DNA from: Bugula neritina
Lineage: Eukaryota > Animalia > Bryozoa
Length of the DNA: 64,000 bases
Assembly: GCA_964035545.1 (NCBI GenBank)
Contig: OZ037772.1
Location: 3,191,538-3,255,537, forward strand
Reading direction: 5' to 3'
The notes beneath the pieces were generated by a model, which saw only the letters and a program-made list of their open reading frames with translations, ran no database searches and had not been told where the DNA came from. The position numbers were made by a program, and so were the translations under genes. Each line of letters starts with the position of its first letter. The first letter of the stretch is position 1. This document shows, piece after piece, positions 50,842-61,721 of this stretch.

Positions 50842-53019
50842 TTACTACGAACTTACAACTACCCTGCATCATGCTGTCATGCCGTCTCCATTCTCTCGTA
50901 TAATTTGACCTTTATTTAGGGAGTAGATTTCAAGTGGGGTATACTATAGTGACCAGTCACACTGTTTATTATAGCAACATAGAAATCAAGTTGAAAACTA
51001 GTTGCACTTGTGGTAATGATATCAATGGGGGCTTACAGGTAGAGACGGAGTACCTGGACCTGTTGAGATCGGATATCAGGGTAAACAAGGAGATCAAGGT
51101 CCTGCAGCTAAGAATGAGGAGTTACTCACCCTTGCTTGTGTATTTCTGTTCTTTTTAGGTATTCTATAATATGCTGGGGTTGTCAGATTGATCTAGTGGA
51201 GTTACCTCCTCTTAAGTGAAAGATACTTTAATATTATAATTTGCTCATCAATCTGACTGATTAAAGCTACTGCTGTCAAAAAACAAGATTGTTGCAGTCT
51301 AAAAATTAACGCCAGCTATAAACTATACGCAGCAAATCTTTTAGCTTGGAGTAAATTGACCAATTTATGATAATCAATTTTAATTTTTTAGCTTTTATAG
51401 TATGGATGTTGATAAGTGTTGTTATAGTAACATGTTGGTTTCCTGTATGGATGTTGATGAGTGTTGCTATAGTAACATGTTGGTTTCCTGTATGGATTGT
51501 AGTTTGAGTATGAGGCAGAGTCTTCCCAACTCAACTTCCTTCAAATTCACTCTGAGAGAGCAAACCCTGACTGACAGGTAATAGTCACTGCCAACAGTTT
51601 ATCAGATAGTCACTAGCTGCTAGTCACCAGATACTAGTCCTGTACTATGTTGCTAGTCACTTGATAATCTGAACAATCACTAGCTTCTTCTTAAGCTGAG
51701 TGAGTTGTTGGCATGACTATTCCTTTTGCTGATTGTAGATGTATAAACTCAGTGGCAGTACAAGATGCATGCGAAAGGAAGAATAAGTCAGTCATTTTAT
51801 ATACAGCTGGTGAAAAAGAATACACAGCAACAACAGATAGCAGGTCCCAATATCCAGTGCTGCAGGATTTATACAAGGTATGTAAATCTAACCTGTATAC
51901 TGTAAATCTGACCTATATACTGTAAATCTGACTTATATAGTGTAAAGCTGACCTATAAAGTGTAAATCTAACCTATATAGCATAAATTCGACCTGCACTT
52001 AAACATGATTGCGATAGTTGCATATTTTTTTGTATTGATATACAATATAGCTTGCCTTTGAGGCTTTTTAACGACTACTAATGAGTTCAACCCAAAAGCA
52101 CTTTGATTTCTGTGCAAGTTTAGAATTTTGAGTTTGCCATCTGTCATTTTGTAGTATTCCAAATACTATCAGAAGCTCTGACAGTGATTGAGATTTACAC
52201 CAAGACCCCCACCCACTTGCCTATTATTGACATTGCTCCTGGTGACATCAGGACCACCCACAAAAAGTTTGGGGTTCAGCTTGGAGAAGTCTGCTTTTCA
52301 TAGACTCATATCTAACAACAGTTTTATTTGTGTGATTTGTAAGACTGTCCCTGATTAGAGAATTAGTGGCCAATCAGAGAATGCAATCAACGTTGGTTGG
52401 CTGAGACCAGCAGTCTGATTTTTATATAACCTAATTTTTAACTAAAATATTTGATTACTCTAAATAAATTTATCCCAGACTTCTGAGGCAGTGATGGTGA
52501 TTTTTGTACATATAAATTTGAAGGAGTTTAGCTATAGGGTTTATGCTGTTTTTTTAATTATTCCACCATAACCTGAGATTGTGAGTAGTAGTTCTAGAAT
52601 GAGGTAGGGTGGGTGTAAAGCCCCTCCCTATGACTTTATATATTTAGAAACTGTTGTTAATTTAGTAATTCTGTTGGTGCTACATTTTTAAATTCATTTA
52701 ATCCAATCATTTCTCTGATATTGCAAAATATATTTTACCATAAGGTGCTACACAACTTATTTCTCAGCTTGTAAATTTCATCATCAAAATTATTATAGTA
52801 CTAAAGTTGGTCACAGATTTCTGATAAGCTGCAGTTTTCAGGTCTGATTATTTAACCTATTTATCCTGAAATGAGACATTGTTAGTTTAAAATGGAATTT
52901 AACATATATTTTAGTTACTTAGTTCCAACTGTGTTGACCATATCAACATTTTAAATTTTACTTTGGCTGCTATGAAGTATATAAGCAAATGGCATTAAGT
53001 TATTAATATATAATAAGGT

Positions 53020-53350
53020 TTGCAAAGACTTAATATACCAAGCAACTGTGACAAGACATGACAATAACTCCAGCCAATCATACATAGGACTTTGTTCAAC
53101 TACCTTCAAAGCCAGACTCAACAACCATAAAGCCTCTTTCCTACATGCAGATAAAGCCAACAACACACAACTCAGCAGACACATCCGGAATTTAGAACAA
53201 AAACAACACGCAATTCAGCCTAAAATGGATCATTTTAAAAATTTGTAAATCATACTCAAAACCTAATCAACAGATGTAACTTATGTAGCTATGAGAAATA
53301 TGTAATTTTGAAACAACCGGAGTTATCCACTCTCAACAAACGCAACGAGC
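53020..53350 (+). mobile_element. Penelope-like element fragment (GIY-YIG endonuclease)
   Basis: LIYQATV...SYIGLCSTTFKARLNNHKASF...TQLSRHI, then after frameshifts RCNLCSYEK...LNKRNE. Confidence 0.8.
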
Positions 53351-54338
53351 GAAGTGTGAGAATTCCATGCTAGTGACCTGCCACACACAGTGCGTGTGTT
53401 GCGAGTGCAAATTATTATTAGCAAATGATGTTAGCGTTAAACTTTACTGTTCGCCTACAGACGTTTGTTTTTAAACAGCGTCACCGGGCAAAGTAATTTG
53501 GATATTCTAAAAGCGGAAATGTAAAATATATAAAACTCTTTTAATTCAGCTCAGTATATTATGTCATACAGCATATTATGTTATACAGTATACTATGTTA
53601 TACAGTATATTATATTATACAGTATATTATGTTATACAGTATATTGTGGTGGCTCGTAGAGCTACCAGCAACACGATACGCAAGGTTGCGTATTGACCCG
53701 GAACGATATACTAGCCAATTAGCTAACACAGCTGTTACTTTAAGGTCATGCTTTTCAGTTTCTGGCTCTTTGCCAGGTGCTTTATGTTCTATATGAACAA
53801 TGTTCCACTGATAGCTCGAACAGGTTGAATGTCACAAGAACAAAAAATATATGAAAAGATAAAGAAACTTATGTTCTCCAATATGCTTTTTTATTTTTTT
53901 CAAAAGCCAATTCATGTTTAAGTTATAGCTTGTTGAAAAACATAGTCCCCCTTCCACATTCTTTGTAATTTATACGCTCCTGACTTGTTATTGTATATCT
54001 CAATATGCCTTGTATTTGAGTGCTCGTTAGTCTCGCTTCACTAACTCTGCCTATACTTCACAAGTGCTGGTGCTGCTGGCTCAAAAGCTAAATGTTATAA
54101 ACTGTCAGCTAAAACCCGATCTAGTATTCCTAGGTTGGTTGGCCTAAATAAAACAATATTCAAATCATGATTTCATGTTTTAAAAATTTACTCAATTCTA
54201 ACCTGCTGCCTAGCTAGTTTTTTTTTATGTATAATTACAGAATTTGTGATACATTTTTTGGAAACCATCCGAGATATAAAATACAGTAATAGTATTTATA
54301 ATATTATATTATTATCATTATAATATATTATGTAGTAT

Positions 54339-55248
54339 TGTAGTGAGTTTTGGTTATCTATAAATTATTATTCACCTGTCGTAGTATAATCACACATTGT
54401 CAATGTGTGATGTAATTAACCCGCTATGGTTAGTAGTTAGCGGTTACTAGTCACGTAGGTAGTTACTAATGTCATGTAGGTAGTTACTAATGTCACGTAG
54501 GTAGTTTACTAATGTCACGTAGGTAGTTTACTAATGTCACGCCATCGGCAATGGAACACCACCGGCAGCTATAACCATGGACTGCAGTGTAATGGATGTA
54601 ACGTAATGCGTACGCATAGTCATCATAACAGGCTGCCAGTACTAGTAGTTAATGCCTAGCTTGACGGCATCACCATTACTAGAGAGACCGTATGCTATGG
54701 CCATTCACTTAGCTGGACTCACTCATCAATACATCAGTTGACTACATGTTAACATTCCTTCGTGCCGTACGGCACATGTGAAATGCGGGGATTCCCCGCG
54801 GTCCACCGGAACCCATGGACCAATCATCATCCAGCCAGCTGTGGCTGCGATGAATCATGCTTACAGTCGTCTGAGCAAGTGTGGGTATTTTCCATCATCA
54901 ACAAAGTGACAGCTATGCATCAGCTTGCCCGGATGAACCTAGATGTAATGGCCAGGATGACGTGATATTAATGCCAACCAATCAGAGGCGAGCTCTCGTA
55001 TATATACAGCACCTTCAGCCGCCCACAGGCAGATTGGAACTGGCAGGCTAACTCATGTAGTTACTACGACTTTTGTATATTCTTTCTCGGCTGATGTATG
55101 TTATTTTTACTCGTATGTTGTTTACTTAAATATAATTCTCGCATTCTTAATCCACTTGTTCGGTTCCTTCTGTAACCTCACAGCATGATGCAGTAATTAG
55201 TAATACACAATAAAAACCCACAAATTAGTAATTCCACGAATTACTACA
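54339..55248 (+). mobile_element. Solo LTR-B (910 bp)
   Basis: TGTAGT..ACTACA, TSD GTAT on both sides, near-identical to 14417-15388. Confidence 0.95.
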
Positions 55249-56103
55249 GTATTAAGTGTGTTTTTATTATACTGCATAATATATATTTTATTATTGTTGT
55301 TGTGCAAACAAGTGCAACTAACCTAGTTTTCAAAATGTACCTCTAAATTATCAGAATATCAATTTAGATATTTTCATGCTTTGTTAGGTAAACCTAAAAA
55401 AGAGGCTGTATTCCCAAAGTAAAGGGTGTTGAACTATGAACTATATAATTAGATTAGCCACTCTGCTACCAAGTGCATCAGTATAATATTATTATATGAA
55501 TAGCTCTGATGCTTTGTCTCCGGTGGCTGGCTGCAATATGATAACTTGGCCAACTTCCAAAAGTTTAAAATTGGCGCAATTATTTAAGAGGTTACATACT
55601 GAAATGTAACGTCCGACTTACTTGACAGTCAGTTTAAGAGTGCCGGCTCCTCGTGGTTTACTTGTTTCCGTAGTCTAGTTTCCAAGCCAGCTGGTAGGCT
55701 GGTCGTTAACCCGATCGCTGGTAAGGCGAGTCAGTCCGGTTTCCAATGACGTCTAGTTAGCGTCTGCTAACCTGCTAATACTATCATCTACATTATATTC
55801 CATGCCCCCCTTTTGGGGAGAATATAATTAAGAACATCATGGAGGATATTAATAAGGGTAGACTGAAGTAGTAGCATTTCCTTTGTTAGGAAGGTTACTC
55901 AAGGTCATAAAGAGGAACTCATGAGATACCTACCTTTACCCAAACTTCTACCTCAAAGTTCACAATTAAGCTTTAAGCCACACCATGGAATGATATTAAC
56001 CTTATCCGTTAGTTCAGCAAGCGAGCTTGTTAGGTTTCATACCAACAGGGAAGTGAGGTTTTAGGGTTAGATATAGACTTACCTTGTTGGTATTAACTAA
56101 GCG

Positions 56104-57336
56104 TTACTGATTGCCAGGGTCAGACCAGTCCTTGGTCTTTCCTCCACCACCATAATCGATGGTCTCCTGGCCATCAACATCTGGCTCTTTCTCCTCCGTC
56201 GACACGACGTTACCAGTTGGTGAATGAACACCAACCTCTGGGCTACCTGGTTTCAGACTAGCGTCATCGACTGTATCGCCCTGTCCCTCAGTTGGTTCTC
56301 CACCTGAGTGGGTCCCCAAAATGCCACCAGAGTGGACTTTAACCTGACCACTAGAGTGGTCGTGAACCTGATCACTAAGGTGATCGTTGTTAGCACCACC
56401 AGGGTGGGCTAACGGCTTGCCACTGAGGTGGACTTCCCGCATAGCCGCTTTACCAGGTGTTTGACCTAGGTCGCCCACCGGTAATTTCTCCGCAGTCGCA
56501 CTAGGTACCTCTGTTGGTACCTCCTCTTCCTCACCATCGGTCTCCATATCCTCCTGCACATCCTTAAGCTGTGCCAGGATTGACTGCAGCTTGGATTGGT
56601 TTCGCAAGGTGCGTAATGCCTCTTTTTCCCTCTTTGCCAACTCAGCCATCTTAGCCTCATGGCGCCTCATCTCCATTTCTCGCTCCTTTTTCACAATCTC
56701 TATCTGGAGTTTGAGGTCCTCCTCCTTGAAGTTGCTGAAACTCTCTATAAAAGAGCCAATGTTAGCATGTGTACTGGTGACTGGCTTACCTTTAGTCGTC
56801 AGGTTACTGACTGCAGAAGCATAGCTTCGTGTGGTGCTCTGCAACCTTGCCACCTTAGCGGGTTCAGGACCCGTGGGTGTGGTTGTCGTCCTGATCTCCT
56901 CCGCCGACCTCTTGACTGAGGTGGTTGTGAATGTCCTACCACCTAGAGGGCATTCCTCCACCTGGTGTTCGGTGCTGTGGCACCACCTGCACTGGGTGTT
57001 ACGGGGGCAGTCCCTAGCCCAGTGGCCATGTTCGCGGCACTTGTGGCAGAAGTGTCCCGGACATTGGGCCGCTATGTGGTCCCTCTTGGCTCTGCAGAGC
57101 ATGCAGCTCAGTTTGCCTCTGTTGCCATACAGCACCCTTCTAGGCTGATCGTCCCTTGTGATGACTACTGCAGTGACAGTAGTCTCTTTCCTATCTTTCT
57201 TCACCAAGTATGACTTGGTGGTTCTTGTACCTTCCTTTGAGTCGGTAGACTCCCCTCTTGCCACAGGCTTCTCCCTCTTCCCTTTCTTCTTTTTCACCTT
57301 CCACTCCTGATCATCGTTACCTCGTTCTTCGCTCAT
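56104..57336 (-). CDS. 410-aa accessory ORF: three CCHC-type zinc knuckles, SYASAV motif, coiled coil, acidic tail
   Basis: CMLC-x5-H-x4-C, CHKC-x4-H-x4-C and CRWC-x4-H-x4-C. The ATG at 57336 is 4 nt after an acceptor-like tatgttttag. Confidence 0.8.
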   Translation of the reverse strand: MSEERGNDDQEWKVKKKKGKREKPVARGESTDSKEGTRTTKSYLVKKDRKETTVTAVVITRDDQPRRVLYGNRGKLSCMLCRAKRDHIAAQCPGHFCHKCREHGHWARDCPRNTQCRWCHSTEHQVEECPLGGRTFTTTSVKRSAEEIRTTTTPTGPEPAKVARLQSTTRSYASAVSNLTTKGKPVTSTHANIGSFIESFSNFKEEDLKLQIEIVKKEREMEMRRHEAKMAELAKREKEALRTLRNQSKLQSILAQLKDVQEDMETDGEEEEVPTEVPSATAEKLPVGDLGQTPGKAAMREVHLSGKPLAHPGGANNDHLSDQVHDHSSGQVKVHSGGILGTHSGGEPTEGQGDTVDDASLKPGSPEVGVHSPTGNVVSTEEKEPDVDGQETIDYGGGGKTKDWSDPGNQ

Positions 57337-57361
57337 GTTTCTAAAACATAGTGAAAAACTA

Positions 57362-59146
57362 TCAATAATACACATAATTATCAAACCTTTTATTCCTAAT
57401 CTGCCTTCCATTCCTGGTGACGACAGCAGCCTGCTCTTCGTCAGTTTCCTCCACTTCCTCTGGATCTGCAGTTCTAGCTCCGACCTCCTCAGAAAAAGAG
57501 GTGCCATCATCGAGCGTATGTGACACTTCGTCTAGGGAGGTTTCAACTGAGTCGGCTGGGCCACCCAGTTGGGGATCTGACCTGTCGTACTCAAACTCCT
57601 TGGATGCTGTAGGAGTATCGCTCTCTTTGGCCTCAGGAAGGTTAGTTGGTAACAACCTGAGATGCTTCCTGTTCCTCCTGATCTCACTTAAGCCTACTTT
57701 TACCCAGTAGCTATCTGGGGTATTGTGTTTCCCAAGAATAATCCTTTCAGCCCCGCTATCAGTAGGTGCCTTAACCCAAACTGTGTCTCCTGGCTCCAAC
57801 TCCTGGAGCTCTTTTGCTCTATGTTTCCTGTCGTGTTGGACCTTGGCCGTTTCCTTGAGTTCAAGGTCACGATGTTCGAAGTCATCGTAATCTACTCTAT
57901 TATTCCTAGGGGTGCCCAGTGGTGTCCTCACTGAACGACCGAACATAAGCTCACTAGGAGAATACCTCGAAGCTAGGGGGGTTGTTCGGTACGCCATAAG
58001 GGCTGAGTCCTTATCCGCGGACTTTTTCCAAAGTCTCTTGACGATCTTGACGGCCCCTTCAGCCATACCATTAGATTCCGGGTATTGGGGGCTGCTTGTC
58101 ACCAGCCTGAATCCAAAGTTCTTAGCGAACTTTAGGAACTCATCGCAATTATAGCAGGGGCCATTGTCTGACCTTACTACTTTTGGGATACCTAGCCTTG
58201 AGTAAATGTACTTCAAGGCCTGTATGACTGCCTGGGCGGTCTGCCTATGTATGTGTACCCTCTCTATCCACCTAGTGTAATAATCTATTACAACCAAGTA
58301 TAGCTCACCATCTAAAGTGAAGATATCCGAGCCAACCACCTCCCAGGGGCCACTAGGTAGCTCCATCTCATGTTGGGGTTGGTGTTTGACCTGACCATGG
58401 ATGATACAAGTGCTACACTTTTCCATATAATGTTGAATATCAAAGCTCAACCCTGGCCACCAAAACTGTCGTTGTGCCCGCCTACGACACTTAGTGATAC
58501 CTTGATGGCCTTCGTGACACAACTCTAAATAGTTGCCCCTGAGCATTTGAGGGATGTAAACCCTGGCATCATAGTAGAGCAAGCCGTCTATGACGGTCAG
58601 TCGATGCCGACACCCATATAGTCGTCTGAACTCGTTGGGTCCTTCTTCTGGGTAACTGGGAGGCCACCCATTAACTAGATACCCTGTAACTATATGATAA
58701 AACTCATCATCTGCAACCGCCTTTTGAATTTCCTCGAGGTGGCAATCGGAGTACAGAGAGCTATCTACGATAGCCCTAACATACTCTTCCACTGCTAAGG
58801 TTTCTGCTTTATCGTGATCCGTGGAACCATCAAACCCTGAGCAGGGCCTACTCAAGGCATCTGCCAAATACATCTTACTACCAGGGGTGTGAAATATTTC
58901 AAAATCATACCCCATAAGCCGTAGCTTAAACCTCTGCACCCTAATTGGTAAACTAGTTAGATCCTTCTCGCCTAATATAGGGACTAATGGCTTGTGGTCA
59001 GTCTCCACTTCAAACTTCCTACCTACCAAATAGTAATCAAACTTCTCGCAAGCCCATGTGGTTGCCAAGGCCTCTTTTTCTATCATAGCATACCTAGTCT
59101 CTGCCTCGGATAACTTCCTAGAGGCATACACTACAGGTTGCCAGTG
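57362..59146 (-). CDS. Pol fragment: RNase H C-terminus plus integrase
   Basis: YASRKL...IEKEALA...ETDHKPL, HEGHQG..C..C, VGSDIF, RSDNGP, AEGAVK. Confidence 0.9.
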   Translation of the reverse strand, partial: HWQPVVYASRKLSEAETRYAMIEKEALATTWACEKFDYYLVGRKFEVETDHKPLVPILGEKDLTSLPIRVQRFKLRLMGYDFEIFHTPGSKMYLADALSRPCSGFDGSTDHDKAETLAVEEYVRAIVDSSLYSDCHLEEIQKAVADDEFYHIVTGYLVNGWPPSYPEEGPNEFRRLYGCRHRLTVIDGLLYYDARVYIPQMLRGNYLELCHEGHQGITKCRRRAQRQFWWPGLSFDIQHYMEKCSTCIIHGQVKHQPQHEMELPSGPWEVVGSDIFTLDGELYLVVIDYYTRWIERVHIHRQTAQAVIQALKYIYSRLGIPKVVRSDNGPCYNCDEFLKFAKNFGFRLVTSSPQYPESNGMAEGAVKIVKRLWKKSADKDSALMAYRTTPLASRYSPSELMFGRSVRTPLGTPRNNRVDYDDFEHRDLELKETAKVQHDRKHRAKELQELEPGDTVWVKAPTDSGAERIILGKHNTPDSYWVKVGLSEIRRNRKHLRLLPTNLPEAKESDTPTASKEFEYDRSDPQLGGPADSVETSLDEVSHTLDDGTSFSEEVGARTADPEEVEETDEEQAAVVTRNGRQIRNKRFDNYVYY

Positions 59147-60965
59147 TATGAAAGTACACCTGCTGCACTATAGACAGACCTTTACTGACAAGACTGCAAA
59201 GTGAAGTGATTTAGCTGAAATTAACTCTGCCAAACAAACAAGGAATTATGTTGTGCTGAGGCATTTTCAATAGGTTGTGACATAGTGAGATGCTTCAGCT
59301 AAGTGCTAATGTAAAACAGGGAACATTATATTGGCAGAAATCCAATAGATTGCCAATTTGTGCGAGAGGGTACTATATGTTATTGTGATAGCGCGCAGAG
59401 TGGCAAACGTACTAGGATTGTTATAATTAGTCACAGGAGGGTAGCTAGAACCAATATATGAAGAATTTAGAAAAAAAAAAGTGAAACTTGCAAAATGGTG
59501 TATGTTTTTACCAAATTGTGAAGAGCATAAACAGAATTTCAAAAAACAAAGAAAGTATATTAGAGAAAACATATCAAGGAACGTCAAGTTTAACTTTTAG
59601 ACTTTATAAAATGAATCCCCTGTGCTACAGCAGTGGAACATGGAGAGTGTAAAATTTTACTTATCATGCAACAACTTTCTCAGAAATTTTTTTATTGAAA
59701 AATCAAAAAAGTATATGAAAGAAGAATGCAAGAGCTATCTTTTCATGTAAAATTTATTAGTGTGAGAAAAAAACTGTTCGAGCTATCCCCTGGAAACCGT
59801 TTATATATAACGTAAAGCAGTGCCTGAATCTGGAAAGTAATGACCTTAAACTAACTGTGAAGCTGCTTATGAGTAATAGTAGCAGCTTCGCGCTACTAGC
59901 CCAGTTGAGGATAGTGCTGTAAATTAAATAGACGTGTGTATTATTACTGTTGTATATTAGATTTTATTAGGTATTCTTGTATTAAAATATAACGATATCT
60001 ACTTGACTTATCTCGGTAAAGTTTCTCTAGTGATAAATAAACTCTCTTGGTTGCACATCGACCCTAAATCTGAAAATCATAACAGTGGTGGCAGCGGTGG
60101 GATAGTGTACATCAAAGATGGAGACTGAAAAGGCTAGAATGCAACCACCCCCTGTAGAAGAGGAACGGACGTAAACGGGATACTGGCTGCGCTGCGGGCC
60201 CGTTTTGGCATCTCCGCAATAGACGCTAGGACCAAGCTAGAGAGATTGTGCCGCACCCCGCGGACCTCGCTGCAAGAACATGCCGCGACGGTAAAGAAAC
60301 TGGCGCAGATTGCGTATAGCGATCTGCCAGCCCAACACCAAGAGCGTTACACCTATGACGCCTTTGTCCAGTCACTAAACGACCTGGGCCTACACCATCA
60401 ACTACGAGCTAAAGGGATAACCAGAATAGAGGATGCCCTGAAGGCTGGAGAAGCTTACCTGTTGGCTACCCAAATGCATCGAGCACAACGGAACCCACCA
60501 GTAGTTGGAGTCAGCGCTGCCAGGGCTACGACAGGTCCCGAAGCCCTCCCACTGGATGCCGAAGTGGACCGTATGGTAGAGATGCTGGGACAACTGGTAA
60601 CCATTCTGGCCGGTGCTGGCCCCGGTCAGGCCCTGCGGGTGCCCCCAACACCTGTGGGGCAGGGCTGGAGTAGTGTCGGTCAAGACCAGGGACAGAAAAG
60701 ACGACTCCAATACCAGGGGGCGTTAAACTGTCACGGCCCGCGGACGCTCTCCCTCCCCGCGTGCCGCAACTGAAGGAGTCTGGTGGGACACGCCGTCGTC
60801 CGTCCGTACGGACACGACGGAACACTCCCCCCGAGTGGCAGGTACCACGCAGGACTAGCAGGCCCGCACAACGGCCAAGTACCTTCTCCCTGCCACTCGC
60901 CAACCGGTTCCACCGGTTACCTCGGGAAGAGGAGCCCGCCACTGAAATGGAGCCGGAAGGCCCAG

Positions 60966-61721
60966 CACAGGATAGTTAAGGGCAACCTTTTAGCTGCAAC
61001 TGCCTTGCTGAGGTTTGCATTGTAATCATATAAGAATTCAGTACCAGTAAAATAAAATCTCACCTAATTGTGCTAGAGTCAAAATTATAAAACTATGCTG
61101 TAGATCTTCTTTTTCTCCAGGGTAACTTTTTTGGAAATTTCAATTTTAATTTTTTTTGCAAAGTTATAGACAAAAAACTGCCCAATTTTGGCCAGTTTCG
61201 CCTGAAAAGCTGACTTTTCAGTACCAGTAAAATATATCAGCAGCAAAGCATGATATCTGAATAAAAATTGCACTGCTGGAATCCTGAGATATTTCTCCAG
61301 GGTAAGATTTTTTTTTTTTCCAATAACTCTTTTAGATTGCCCACAAATTGGTGATTTATACACTGAAAATGCCATATTTTTTCATAGTAAATTAGCAGCG
61401 CGCAGTGATTCACGCTTCAATGAGCACGTAGGGATGAGAAGATATTGGCGCGTACATGCTAATTATAGGCTTGCTAGCTGGCAGGCTATAATGAATAGCT
61501 TGCTTGGTACTTTGTTTATGTAGCTCCTATAATGGAATGTTGATAGATAACGCAGCCCTAATGAAGGTTGCTGCTTATTGGTTGTAGTTTGATCTTAGGC
61601 TAAACAATTGCAAGTAGGCAACACGCATGCCATCCGCAGAGTAGTATTATTCAAGAACCTAAACTACATTTTGGGAGAAATTTATGATATTCTTAGTGAG
61701 GATGCCCTTAACTATCCTGTG
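60966..61721. mobile_element. Second copy of the CACAGGATAG TIR element
   Basis: Perfect 19-bp TIR cacaggatagttaagggca / tgcccttaactatcctgtg. The interior is homologous (inverted) to 24517-25156. Confidence 0.85.

Larger units (their letters stand above)
49460..51120 (+). pseudogene. Decayed collagen exons (~49460-49619, ~50386-50565, ~51039-51120)
   Basis: Triplet periodicity is kept but many Gly positions are substituted: GLQ RRR GET GLP CAV GDA GKP APQ CPM GES..., GSP DVD GLP GIS GKP GDA GER, GRD GVP GPV...GKQ GDQ GPA. Confidence 0.75.
55605..59146 (-). mobile_element. 5'-truncated Gypsy element (unrelated to family A) with extra 3' ORF
   Basis: RNase H-integrase ORF at 57362-59131 and a second ORF after it. 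PPT aaaaggggggca precedes a probable ~198-bp 3' LTR at 55605-55802. Confidence 0.85.
53727..59859. mobile_element. Non-autonomous CACTA/EnSpm(CMC)-like DNA element inserted in the LTR of copy 4
   Basis: CACAG...CTGTG ends, ~90-bp imperfect TIRs (tttaaggtcat and gatagctcgaacag mirrored), 2-bp TSD AA. Removing it restores the LTR sequence gctaagctg. Confidence 0.8.
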
